From a virus (lineage: Duplodnaviria; Caudoviricetes): DNA of 64,000 nt. The notes below the pieces were generated by a model. That model made no database searches, was not told the origin of the DNA, and saw only the letters and a program-made list of their open reading frames with translations. This document shows, piece after piece, positions 41,798 through 51,232 of the stretch. Location of the stretch: positions 32,001 to 96,000 of IMG/VR virus record IMGVR_UViG_2912874417_000004; one strand, 5' to 3'. Numbering within the stretch: position 1 is the stretch's first letter; each line of letters opens with the position of its first letter. The position numbers and the translations under genes are program-made.

Positions 41798-42715
41798 CTA
41801 TTCTTTATACTCTTTTTTAATTACTTCACCTTCAGTACTGAAAGTCCACTTATCTATGTCTTCTTTGAAAATAAGTTTGTCAATAGTGCCATCAAGCACT
41901 TTAAATACCATTAAAGCTATCTTCTCGCCTACACCAATGATATTTTCCTCAACAACTAAACTAAAGGATTGTTCATAATTGAACCCCTTAATCCCAATGA
42001 GATTACCGTCTTGAAGAATATATTTTAAATCATCGAAAGGATGAAAACCCTTAATTTTGCAATTAGAATTTTTGTTTATATTTAAATTTCGAAAAACAGG
42101 CTCTAACACCGTTTTATAATTATCTTTGCGGTTTCCTTCTTTATCATAAAAATATGAATCTTTCGCACTTACACTTTTTGGTTCAGAACAGCTTTTTGGA
42201 GTATGAGCTTTAATCTTGTTACCAGTTGGTACAAATTCTATAAGCGGTGTATTTGGTACTACTATATTCATTTTTAAATGAATATTTTTTATCCTGCCTC
42301 CCCAATCAACTTCGCTAAACTCTCCAAGTAAGGCTAACTTTATTCCTTCATCTTCAGCAAAGTTTCTAGCCTCTCTTGTATACCCAACCGTGGTAACGAT
42401 AAACGATTCGTCTGGTTTAATTTGCGAAACCGCTCCAAAGAAATCTCTTACAATACTTATACCCACTTTTTTATTAATATCCTTACATTCAATCAGGATT
42501 CTTTTAGATTTCTCTGATCCTTTAGATTGGACGGTAACATCTATTTGATGTGTTGTCTTTTTCTCACCCCCTCTTAATTTCAAATCATGGATTACTACAT
42601 CTTTTTGATGCAATATCTTAAATACCATCGCAGCAAGTTTTTCATATTTAGTACCTAGCTTTAGTTTTTCATCTGCTATATGTTCATTATAAATAAGTTC
42701 CATTCCTTCATCCAT
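41798..42715 (-). CDS. Mrr-like restriction endonuclease (PD-(D/E)xK)
   Basis: YE...QIDV...ILIECKD...IVTTVGYTREA. Confidence 0.8.
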   Translation of the reverse strand: MDEGMELIYNEHIADEKLKLGTKYEKLAAMVFKILHQKDVVIHDLKLRGGEKKTTHQIDVTVQSKGSEKSKRILIECKDINKKVGISIVRDFFGAVSQIKPDESFIVTTVGYTREARNFAEDEGIKLALLGEFSEVDWGGRIKNIHLKMNIVVPNTPLIEFVPTGNKIKAHTPKSCSEPKSVSAKDSYFYDKEGNRKDNYKTVLEPVFRNLNINKNSNCKIKGFHPFDDLKYILQDGNLIGIKGFNYEQSFSLVVEENIIGVGEKIALMVFKVLDGTIDKLIFKEDIDKWTFSTEGEVIKKEYKE

Positions 42716-43050
42716 CTTGATTCATCCCACCCCATGAGTAATTATGTTACATTATATACCAATATCAAACAACTTCAAACACTAATTCCTTGAGCTTCTA
42801 AGCCACCTCTATTATGTTTAAAATTCTTTTCTTTTAAACTGCTGTTTTATTAAAGGTGTTCATCAAAGTTTTCTACTATAAATGCGCTTTCACCCTTTTC
42901 CTAAACTCAATAACTTATTTAGATAAAAACAACATACTGAACAAGCATTTTATATTAAGATATGTATACCTGTCTTTCGTTATTATATGTAAAGTTTTAG
43001 CTTAAATTAATATTTCCGAATTATAGTTAAAAATAATTTTATAGTATTAA

Positions 43051-43078
43051 AAGGGAACAGTTGTAGCTGTATCCCTTC
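43051..43078 (-). terminator. Terminator of the 307-aa gene
   Basis: AAGGGA-ACAG-loop-CTGT-ATCCCTT hairpin with a T run on the minus strand. Confidence 0.6.
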
Positions 43079-43091
43079 GGTCAATAAATCT

Positions 43092-44015
43092 TTATGATGG
43101 ATAAGAAATGAAAGTCCAGAAATTACCTAATATTAACGGGTCATTGCGATCATCGCTCCAATAAATCCAAGCAGCTAGGGTACTATCTTCTCTTTGCTTC
43201 GTATAGGTTAGGTCAAATTTTGTATTTGTATTCCCTACACTAATTGTTTGATTGTTAGACCCAATAATCTGACCTGAAAGATCTTCCTGCAAAGCAATAA
43301 TAACTGTTCGAGAGGCACCTTCAGTCCTTATAGTAGGTAAGAATCTATAATTCCCAGTTTTCCCTCCCATCGAGTAGTAAACATAATGATAATCTTGTTC
43401 TGGTTTTGTACTAATCATGTAAAGATCATAGTCCCATGATTGATTACTTGTTCCTTGTCTATATTCTAATTTTACATCTGCATCTCGATTTTTCCAGTTT
43501 CTGTCGAACACTCGAATATCTGGGACACTTACTCCAGCTAGTATTTTATCGATATATTGTTTTACATCACTAGGTGTTCCAACATATTCTATCACTGCCT
43601 CCACCGTAATCCGGATGTGTGCACCTGCACCAAATTGTTCTCCTCTAGCTGTTGCATTTCCTACAATTCTTCTTCTCAAGACTTGGTATTCCTCAACTTG
43701 GCGTCTAATATTATTCCATCTAGAATCTAAATCTACTGTTCCCCATATTTTAGCATATCTCCATTCAACATGTGCTTCTAGATTCCCCCTTATATCTTCC
43801 GTATTAATTATTCTATAACCTGCAGGTGCTGTCCCAGTGCTCGCTGTTGCGATTCCTCTGTTAACCTCCGTTATTTCTTTATGATTTATTAAAATGTATC
43901 CTTCTGGCGGTTCATATTCTTTAGAATCCCTATCTGTTGTCGGCTGTGCCCCTCCTCTCGCTTCAGCATCTAAAGTAAAAGCAGTTACAGTTTCTCGATG
44001 TCCAATTTCAGGCAT
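43092..44015 (-). CDS. Uncharacterised beta-rich protein
   Basis: 307-aa ORF, AAGGTGA RBS, own terminator. Confidence 0.7.
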   Translation of the reverse strand: MPEIGHRETVTAFTLDAEARGGAQPTTDRDSKEYEPPEGYILINHKEITEVNRGIATASTGTAPAGYRIINTEDIRGNLEAHVEWRYAKIWGTVDLDSRWNNIRRQVEEYQVLRRRIVGNATARGEQFGAGAHIRITVEAVIEYVGTPSDVKQYIDKILAGVSVPDIRVFDRNWKNRDADVKLEYRQGTSNQSWDYDLYMISTKPEQDYHYVYYSMGGKTGNYRFLPTIRTEGASRTVIIALQEDLSGQIIGSNNQTISVGNTNTKFDLTYTKQREDSTLAAWIYWSDDRNDPLILGNFWTFISYPS

Positions 44016-44380
44016 ACCTAATCACCTTTCTAAATGTTCTTAGGTATTTTATTCAAATTGAATTCGACTGTTACATTTTTATGTGAATTCCTTCTCCGTA
44101 TAATACTTTCTCCAAACCCTTTTCAAATTTATCCTGTATTTTCAGTCTCCACCCACTTATGCTAATTTAAAAATGATTTCATAGCTAAGTCCCTTTTTAC
44201 AAAATAAATTCAATTGCTTATTCTGAGTTCATTACCTATCTTGATAAAATATGCATTTTATTTTATTTTTGCTCTTAAAATATGTATACTTCTCTGTTGT
44301 TTTAACTTGATTTAAGTATAGCATGACTATTTTAAATAATCAATAACTATTTTATTTTTATTCTCAAAGTGCGTATTTTG

Positions 44381-45985
44381 TTATGATGTAAGCATGAGAA
44401 GCTTCGATGTATCCAGGATATAATAAGAAGCGTTATTTACCGTTTCATTGTAAGATTGCGCACCCTCAAAATTATTGATTACGTCTTTTTCTTCTGCTGT
44501 CATATCCTGATATTTTACCTTGCCGTATGAAGGAGGAAGCCAATTTTTCTTTTGGCTGCCAAAGATATTAAATTTCTTTAGAATTTCCATATCTTTAAAC
44601 TCGATGTGACATGTTCCTTTTTTATAGAAAGTTACATAAAAGTACTTTAATTCTATTTTTTTCGTTTCGCCGTAATGCTCAGCTAGCTTTAAAGTTTCAT
44701 CTATGTTTATGTCTTCTGTTAACCCATTGTCAAGGTAATTGAAAACTTTTTCGATATCCTTCAACTTTTCTAAGACCTTGTAGTCTGTTGGATTATACCG
44801 ATCATCTAGCCAACTGCAATACCCGTTTAGTGGAATAATTATTTTTTTATTAATTTTATATGATTTATTTGTTTTCCACCCATTATATAAGTGCACATTT
44901 TTTGATGATTCATCATAGTAATGCTTGTGGCTAAATTCTTCAAAAAGGTTAAGTATTGTATCTTCTACGCCCTGTGTCATCTCTTTGCTCATCTGAATTC
45001 TTAATGTATAGATATTGAACAAAGAAAAGTCATAATCTTTTAATTCCTCAACGTGCTGCAAGTACTTTTGTTTCAGGTTGCTTGTAAAGAGCCCCATAAA
45101 CTGATCATTGTTAAATAACGTATTCCAATACTTCGCCCTAATTTGTTTTATATATGCATTCTCTATGTCATTTTCTTCGGCATTCTTATCAATCTGCAGC
45201 TTCAATATTGGAGCACTGTCTTCATTGAATCTATGCAGCATTAAGGGTTTCAAACTGTTGTATTCATTGATTAATTTTAAACCCGCTTTGATTTCATAGT
45301 TGAACTGTTCTACAATCCCTTTTATAAAGTCTGCATTCACTAACTGTGTTGCTTTATAATCCTCATTAATTCTATGTGACTCATCTTTTTTCAATTCTTC
45401 TATTAGAACGCTGCTATATTCTTGTTTTTCAATGCTTATGTAAATTAGTGCTGTTTCAACTTCTGTGTTTCGTTCGGAGTTATGGAAAGCATTTTGAACA
45501 TATTCAACTTCTGCATTTATTTCCTCTAGCTTACGAATGAGAAATTTCCTGTCATTTGAATACGGATTTTTTAATGTTTCGGCGTTTAACAAGCAAACAA
45601 TTTGGCCAGATCTTTGTTGCTTCTCAATTAACTCAATGGCCTTTAATAAGTGTTTAGCACCGTTGCTAAAAGGTGGATTCATAAAAATCAAATCGTACCT
45701 CTTGTAAGTGTTAAACGTCAGAAAATCATCTGCAATCACTCTGTAATCTTTGCCTTTAAGTATGTGTCGTAAGTTTTCATCTTGTTCAATTGTATCAATG
45801 TCATATTTCGAATTCATTCTATAGTTGCTGGTGTTTTTAAATTGATTGTGAATAGCTTCTACTAAATTCCCTTTGCCTGCTGAGGGCTCCAGAACGGAGT
45901 TAATGTACTTCCATTCTACTTTAGATGTCATTTTTCGGATTAACTGTGGTGGTGTCGGATAAAAATCCGGATTATCTTTAAACAT
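44381..45985 (-). CDS. DUF4942 protein with N-terminal amino-methyltransferase domain
   Basis: FYPTP, LEPSAGKG, MNPPF; C-terminal FYKKGTCHIEF. Confidence 0.85.
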   Translation of the reverse strand: MFKDNPDFYPTPPQLIRKMTSKVEWKYINSVLEPSAGKGNLVEAIHNQFKNTSNYRMNSKYDIDTIEQDENLRHILKGKDYRVIADDFLTFNTYKRYDLIFMNPPFSNGAKHLLKAIELIEKQQRSGQIVCLLNAETLKNPYSNDRKFLIRKLEEINAEVEYVQNAFHNSERNTEVETALIYISIEKQEYSSVLIEELKKDESHRINEDYKATQLVNADFIKGIVEQFNYEIKAGLKLINEYNSLKPLMLHRFNEDSAPILKLQIDKNAEENDIENAYIKQIRAKYWNTLFNNDQFMGLFTSNLKQKYLQHVEELKDYDFSLFNIYTLRIQMSKEMTQGVEDTILNLFEEFSHKHYYDESSKNVHLYNGWKTNKSYKINKKIIIPLNGYCSWLDDRYNPTDYKVLEKLKDIEKVFNYLDNGLTEDINIDETLKLAEHYGETKKIELKYFYVTFYKKGTCHIEFKDMEILKKFNIFGSQKKNWLPPSYGKVKYQDMTAEEKDVINNFEGAQSYNETVNNASYYILDTSKLLMLTS

Positions 45986-46031
45986 TTTGTGCTCCCCTTT
46001 TTAGGGAATGAGATGTTTTCCCATCCCCTCA

Positions 46032-47918
46032 TTAGTTTATAGACTTATATGTGTTGATTATTGCTTTGAAGCTTTTTTTATTTAAATAACCTAAAACCTC
46101 ATCGAATTGTCTTTTGTCGCAAGAGTGGTACTTACTATGAATTATTTTCATTCCATCTGGTTTAACCTCTACATTATTCAATACTGTTTCGGGAAGTGAG
46201 TGCCACCCTTTGAACATCAATAATTCTGAATAGAAGTGACGATAATATAATTTTCTTTTACTTTCAGGACGGTATGTCAACTTGACTGCATTATCATATT
46301 GGGCATATTTAGTTGGCCGGTAACTGTCATATGTTATTCTTTCAGTAATTAAAGAGCCAAGATCAGATATGTAAAACAGAGTATATTTTTCACCTTTTTC
46401 AAGATCAACATTTTTAAATTGTTCTTGAATGCTGTCAACTTCATGGAGAATTCTGTATAACGAAATTTTCAATTCTTCTATATCTACTTGTTGGATAATT
46501 TTTTTCTTCAACTTCAAACTTCTAAACTTCAACTTTTCTTTAAATAAAGATTTATATTTGCTCCAGTCTTCCTTTTTCCAGGTCTTATGTATATTTAATT
46601 CCTCAATTACCGAAGTTGAAATATCTTCCAACACATCTGCTTGATATTTTAACTCCTCTAATTCTCCTTCTTTTAACGCTTGCTTATGAGAAATTGACTT
46701 TTCAGTTTTTGCATTGTCCACTAAACCAACATACCTTGCATAAGAATGGCCTTGAGCGTCTACAATAAATTGCAATTTCCCGCCGTAGTACACTCCTACG
46801 CCATATAAATTCCATTTAACTGTGTTCTTTTCTAAATCGTCCATATTGTAATAATCAATCATTGAGTTGATTCTGTTGTCTTCCGTAAAACTTCCACCGG
46901 TTTCCGCAAGAAAATCAAAATCATTTAAAAGCAAGTTAGAAAAGTTGGTTAAAGCTTCTTCAGTATTGAAATGCACTTCTTTTGTAATTTTCACATTTTC
47001 AAGTCTGTAGTCACCTTTAACAACCTCGTCTTTATATTGATTAAGTGTTTGATTTTTGTTTAAGTTGGCAAACTGTGCATCAATAACAAAATACTCTTGA
47101 TCTTCATTCAATTGTTTTACTACAACGCTGCTATAGATATTTTCGGCTTGTTTCTTCTCTTCTCCTTGCCGTCTCTTATATTCAGCATTTTTAAGCTCTT
47201 GCTCTTTTAAATATTCCTGAAGTTCTTTTTCTTTTCTCGCTTTCTCGGCTTCTTCGAATTCTTCTGTCTTTGAATCAAACAGTGTCATATCTTCTTTAAT
47301 TTCTTCTGTTTGTTCTGTCACTATATATTCCCAATCTAATGAAACACGACCATAGAAATTGTAACTACCTGCGTAATCAGTGTAAGGATCTGCTGGGCTG
47401 TAGCAATGGCGATAATTGTTTAAAAGGCTGTTGCAATAATCATAAATCGCAGTCAAATAAGCTGAGCCTTTTTCATAAGGACTTGATTTGATTGTGATGT
47501 TAATAGTGCTATGTGAATTGCTTCCCCCAGTAGTAACAGAGAATTTGCATTGTGGGAAACGTTGTCTTATATGCTTTCTTATTTCCTTTGCCATTTCTTT
47601 TACTTCTTGTTCCTTATTTACTTCTACTTCACTCCATTGTGTTGCATCCCACAGACTCATTTTTACGCCCTTAGCTTTCTTTTTGGTTTTAGTGATTGTT
47701 TTAGAAGATGAGATTTCTTGTTTATTGACACCATTAGCGACCTGCATTGATTTTTCTGTCCGCTTGCTCCACCAACATTTTTTGAATCCAGAGTATCGAA
47801 AACCGTTTGATTTAAGATGAGTTAAAACCTCTTGTTCTGGTTTACTATCAAAATAAAGTTCAATTCCGTTTAACTCTTCGTTAATTCTTAAAACAGCTGT
47901 CATTTTCAATCTCCCCAT
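46032..47918 (-). CDS. Polyvalent protein with LPD29-like domain
   Basis: AKEIRKHIRQRFPQCKFSVT...DPYTDY; N-terminal LKSNGFRYSGFKKCWW. Confidence 0.7.
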   Translation of the reverse strand: MGRLKMTAVLRINEELNGIELYFDSKPEQEVLTHLKSNGFRYSGFKKCWWSKRTEKSMQVANGVNKQEISSSKTITKTKKKAKGVKMSLWDATQWSEVEVNKEQEVKEMAKEIRKHIRQRFPQCKFSVTTGGSNSHSTINITIKSSPYEKGSAYLTAIYDYCNSLLNNYRHCYSPADPYTDYAGSYNFYGRVSLDWEYIVTEQTEEIKEDMTLFDSKTEEFEEAEKARKEKELQEYLKEQELKNAEYKRRQGEEKKQAENIYSSVVVKQLNEDQEYFVIDAQFANLNKNQTLNQYKDEVVKGDYRLENVKITKEVHFNTEEALTNFSNLLLNDFDFLAETGGSFTEDNRINSMIDYYNMDDLEKNTVKWNLYGVGVYYGGKLQFIVDAQGHSYARYVGLVDNAKTEKSISHKQALKEGELEELKYQADVLEDISTSVIEELNIHKTWKKEDWSKYKSLFKEKLKFRSLKLKKKIIQQVDIEELKISLYRILHEVDSIQEQFKNVDLEKGEKYTLFYISDLGSLITERITYDSYRPTKYAQYDNAVKLTYRPESKRKLYYRHFYSELLMFKGWHSLPETVLNNVEVKPDGMKIIHSKYHSCDKRQFDEVLGYLNKKSFKAIINTYKSIN

Positions 47919-48210
47919 TCTTTATAATGATTTTATTTTTACTCTAAATGTATGTAATCCTTTGACTTGATTTAATTTTAACATGATCACTATAAATATT
48001 CAATAGTTATTTTATTTTTATTCTAAAAAAGAAAATTATATTATCGAGGTTCAGCTTGCTGAAACGAGACGGCCGTAAAGGCACTTTACGGACGAATTTA
48101 TTATTTTTTTATTTAATTATTACCCCTCTTCCCCTTTAAGGGACACACCCTTCAAACCCTTGGGACAGTTGACTTTTTTTTATGATTTATTGCTTTATTT
48201 GCAATAAGGG

Positions 48211-49443
48211 TTACAAATCATTATTTAACCAATCAATAAACATTAACCTCATTCTTCTTGATGGAATGTAAATTGAAATCGAATCATTATTTCTTATGCT
48301 ACTTCTCCATATCCATTGAATCATTTCTGAAAGGGCAAAATAAGTCTCATCAACTTTAACACCCTTAGAGCTAAAATATTCAACTAATAATGGATTACAA
48401 TAACGGTTAATAGCATAAACCAGTGTATTTTTATGACTATGTTCATTTGTAGACCGGATATTACATGGTATGAATCCCTTAGTATATCCCTTGCCTGAAA
48501 GCCTTGGTTTATAATCAATAAACGTTGTCCACATATTAAAGTTTGATTTAGACTTACATATGTTCTGAAAGTAATTCAGGATATTATTCTGCAGTCGTTT
48601 ATGTAAAACCCTTTTGTTTCTGTACCATCCTTTTGATAAAGAGTACTTTTCTTCACCGATTTTATTAAGATCACCATCATATACATTTATCTTGTTTTTA
48701 ATTTTATTCTTAATATGCTTGTCTGCTGCTGAATCATACGGCACGCACTTATATTTTCCCTTATCTTTTTTAATCATATATTTCTCATAAGGAATGTTAT
48801 TTAAATCATAATAATACTTCTGTAACTGCCCATCGAACAGATATGTTAAGTTGTATACTTCTTTAAACAATTTGAATATGTCAGCAGGAAAGTTCCATAG
48901 TATGACTGAATCATTATGTAATATTAAATTGTTATTCAATGCAAGTTGTTTCAAGTGTTTAAACTCTCCATCATATTCCCTTTGCATATTCTTTTCTTGT
49001 TCCATATTCCAGATTATTCGATCGTCTTTATTTATTATCCAGTTATTTTTAAATAACATATCCAGGTCATCTGCAGATATGTTTAACTGTTTTACAACCT
49101 CTATTGCCTCGTCCAGTATCAAAGTATAATTACCTGAATAGATGAGTTCTTTTGTTGTCTCATTTGCCATCTTAAAGAGTGCGTGTGTAGTTGCTATATT
49201 CTTATTATCTGAAAGGTGTTTATGTAATGAATCCAGTTTATAAAATGTTTCTCCGTTAACGCTGTGTATCTTAGGTTCAATAAACTTCTTATCAGGACAT
49301 GCTTCCTTGATCCTCTTCACCTCATCAAGATAAGGTGTAATAAAAATAAACTTATCATCTGTAGGTGCTTCATTCATCTTTTGAATCATGTAACTTGTCT
49401 TACCCGATCCCATTATAGAATCAATTATTTTAATTTTATCCAT
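48211..49443 (-). CDS. yonV: SF2-like helicase/ATPase
   Basis: MGSGKT, LILDEA, QWIWRS. Confidence 0.8.
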   Translation of the reverse strand: MDKIKIIDSIMGSGKTSYMIQKMNEAPTDDKFIFITPYLDEVKRIKEACPDKKFIEPKIHSVNGETFYKLDSLHKHLSDNKNIATTHALFKMANETTKELIYSGNYTLILDEAIEVVKQLNISADDLDMLFKNNWIINKDDRIIWNMEQEKNMQREYDGEFKHLKQLALNNNLILHNDSVILWNFPADIFKLFKEVYNLTYLFDGQLQKYYYDLNNIPYEKYMIKKDKGKYKCVPYDSAADKHIKNKIKNKINVYDGDLNKIGEEKYSLSKGWYRNKRVLHKRLQNNILNYFQNICKSKSNFNMWTTFIDYKPRLSGKGYTKGFIPCNIRSTNEHSHKNTLVYAINRYCNPLLVEYFSSKGVKVDETYFALSEMIQWIWRSSIRNNDSISIYIPSRRMRLMFIDWLNNDL

Positions 49444-49523
49444 GATATATACAGACTTCCCCCTTTAATATTAAAAATAAAGGAACGGATAAATGTTTTA
49501 CCGCTCCTTCTCATGTATGAAAT

Positions 49524-49772
49524 TCAATTGTTGATTCTTTCTTCAAGATCATGAATACGTCTTTCAAGTCCAGAGAATTTCTTATCATTGTATCGGTGGT
49601 CACTTTCAATATTCTTGTTAATAATCTTAAGCATGGATACAACCTCTTCAGGTTCATTTTCTTCGATTCGTTTAACCGTTTCTTTAATATCCTTAACGTC
49701 CTGCTTAATTGTGTTAATATCCTTAGAAAGTTGCTGTATCGCTTCAAAGATTTGATTTTCCATTCCGCTCAC
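49524..49772 (-). CDS. yonU: YonU-like coiled-coil protein
   Basis: IFEAIQQLSKDI; third gene of the yonT-yoyJ-yonU unit. Confidence 0.6.
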   Translation of the reverse strand: MSGMENQIFEAIQQLSKDINTIKQDVKDIKETVKRIEENEPEEVVSMLKIINKNIESDHRYNDKKFSGLERRIHDLEERINN

Positions 49773-49813
49773 CTCTAATAAGCTTAGTATAGCATGATGT
49801 CAGTTAGATTTGT

Positions 49814-50017
49814 TTACCTTCTTTTGGCGTATACAAAGTAAGCGATCCATGACAAAATGACAATGATACACGTTACTATGAAGATAGCCGTAATAAGCGA
49901 CTGTATTCCGCTGCTAAAATAATCTTTGATGAAAAGGAATAATAAGAATAAAACAACAAATGTAATGTTCGTAAACCATAATGAGAATCGTTTCATGTTT
50001 ACAATGTGCTTGTCCAT
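49814..50017 (-). CDS. yoyJ: YoyJ-like small membrane toxin
   Basis: Two TM segments, directly downstream of yonT. Confidence 0.6.
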   Translation of the reverse strand: MDKHIVNMKRFSLWFTNITFVVLFLLFLFIKDYFSSGIQSLITAIFIVTCIIVILSWIAYFVYAKRR

Positions 50018-50030
50018 GTTATAATATGGG

Positions 50031-50130
50031 TAGTGACTAAAGGGGAATTAATCCCCTTTAGCGTGTTATCTGCGTATACGTTTGCGTTGTCTCTTGCTAC
50101 GGAGGCGCTTGCGTGTACGCTTTTTATTTT
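50031..50130 (+). ncRNA. SR6-like antisense antitoxin RNA (ends approximate)
   Basis: Plus-strand TTTACA-16-TATAAT promoter with extended TG at 49998-50025 reading into the 3' end of yonT; hairpin 50037-50061. Confidence 0.55.
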
Positions 50131-50245
50131 TGCTTTTCTTATTCTTCATCAGGTTTTGAATCTTCTCAGCTATCGTTAAACAGTTGATGATTAAAACCGT
50201 GATAGGAATAAGGAAAGCAATTGTTATACCCACTTTCTCAAGCAC
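50066..50245 (-). CDS. yonT: Type I toxin YonT
   Basis: GTG start after AGGAGGTG; single TM followed by a very basic tail KKRTRKRLRSKRQRKRIRR. Confidence 0.85.
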   Translation of the reverse strand: MLEKVGITIAFLIPITVLIINCLTIAEKIQNLMKNKKSKNKKRTRKRLRSKRQRKRIRR

Positions 50246-51232
50246 TATGTACACCTCCTTTCCTATAACTCTATTATAGCACACTTCCCCTAAAAAGTCA
50301 TTTTATTTTTACTCTCAAAATGGATTTTATTAAATTATTTTGGACTATTATTCATGGGTGTTTGTAGGCTGTATAAGGCATGTATGTGGATTGGATACCA
50401 ATGATACTATGATTAATTTAAAATTGATTCTAGGTGTATTAGAATGCTTCTGATGATGTTATGGTCAGTGTGATATGGGATGGATATATGATGATGTGTG
50501 GTGAATGGAAACGGATAGAGATGATTAGGTAAGATTCAGGGTGGATGTAATGAGATGAAGGGTGAGAAGAAATATTATTAGAGTGAATATAAAATAGGTG
50601 TGTGAATTGATGAGTAAATTGTATAGATAACACTTCGATTTGCTCCCTCTCGTTATACACACGATTATTTTTAATGAATGAGTATTCATATTTTAATTGA
50701 CCGCTTAATTATTTTTTCAAAAATAAATATTGTTTTTCATTTGAAATTGTGTTAGATTTGCAAATTTATCAGCCAAATCATAAAAACCCTACATAACGTA
50801 TCTTATATAGGGAATTAAATACCAATATATAGGGGGTATATTAACATCTAAAGGCCAAAAAATAGGAACAAATGTACCCCTAGCACTTCCATTTCCACAC
50901 CCTACTTATTTTTTCACTTTCCCGTTTTTAGCCTTTTTTCGCATCGTAATCGCTATCGTAAAAGCCTATAATATCAATGTTTTTCCACCCCTTATTCTCT
51001 CCTTTTTCATCAGATTCTTAAATAAACAACCACTTTTCCTCTCTCCTGTCTACGTTTTACGATCACAAAACACCTATTATCCCCTTTGACATCTCTAAAA
51101 CATTGCTATATCAACTAAATAACCCTTTCCAATCTTCATTTACGATAAGCACTTTTTTAGGTCACGATCACCCGGGGGTCATTAAAAATCAAAATAAAAA
51201 AAGCCACCATAATAGGTAGCTTCCCTTTAAAA

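Larger units (their letters stand above)
12814..44260. repeat. Dispersed 16-bp palindrome TAAAA-N6-TTTTA at gene junctions
   Basis: Exact copies start at 15555, 18176, 19142, 20024, 22106, 22428, 25042, 26289, 33873, 37465, 44245; one-mismatch copies at 12814, 22789, 38105, 41476, 42834. Confidence 0.75.

Noticed and set aside
50439-50660. 73-aa His/Ile/Ser-rich ORF
   Set aside because: Product of the G-rich low-complexity tract; unnatural composition.
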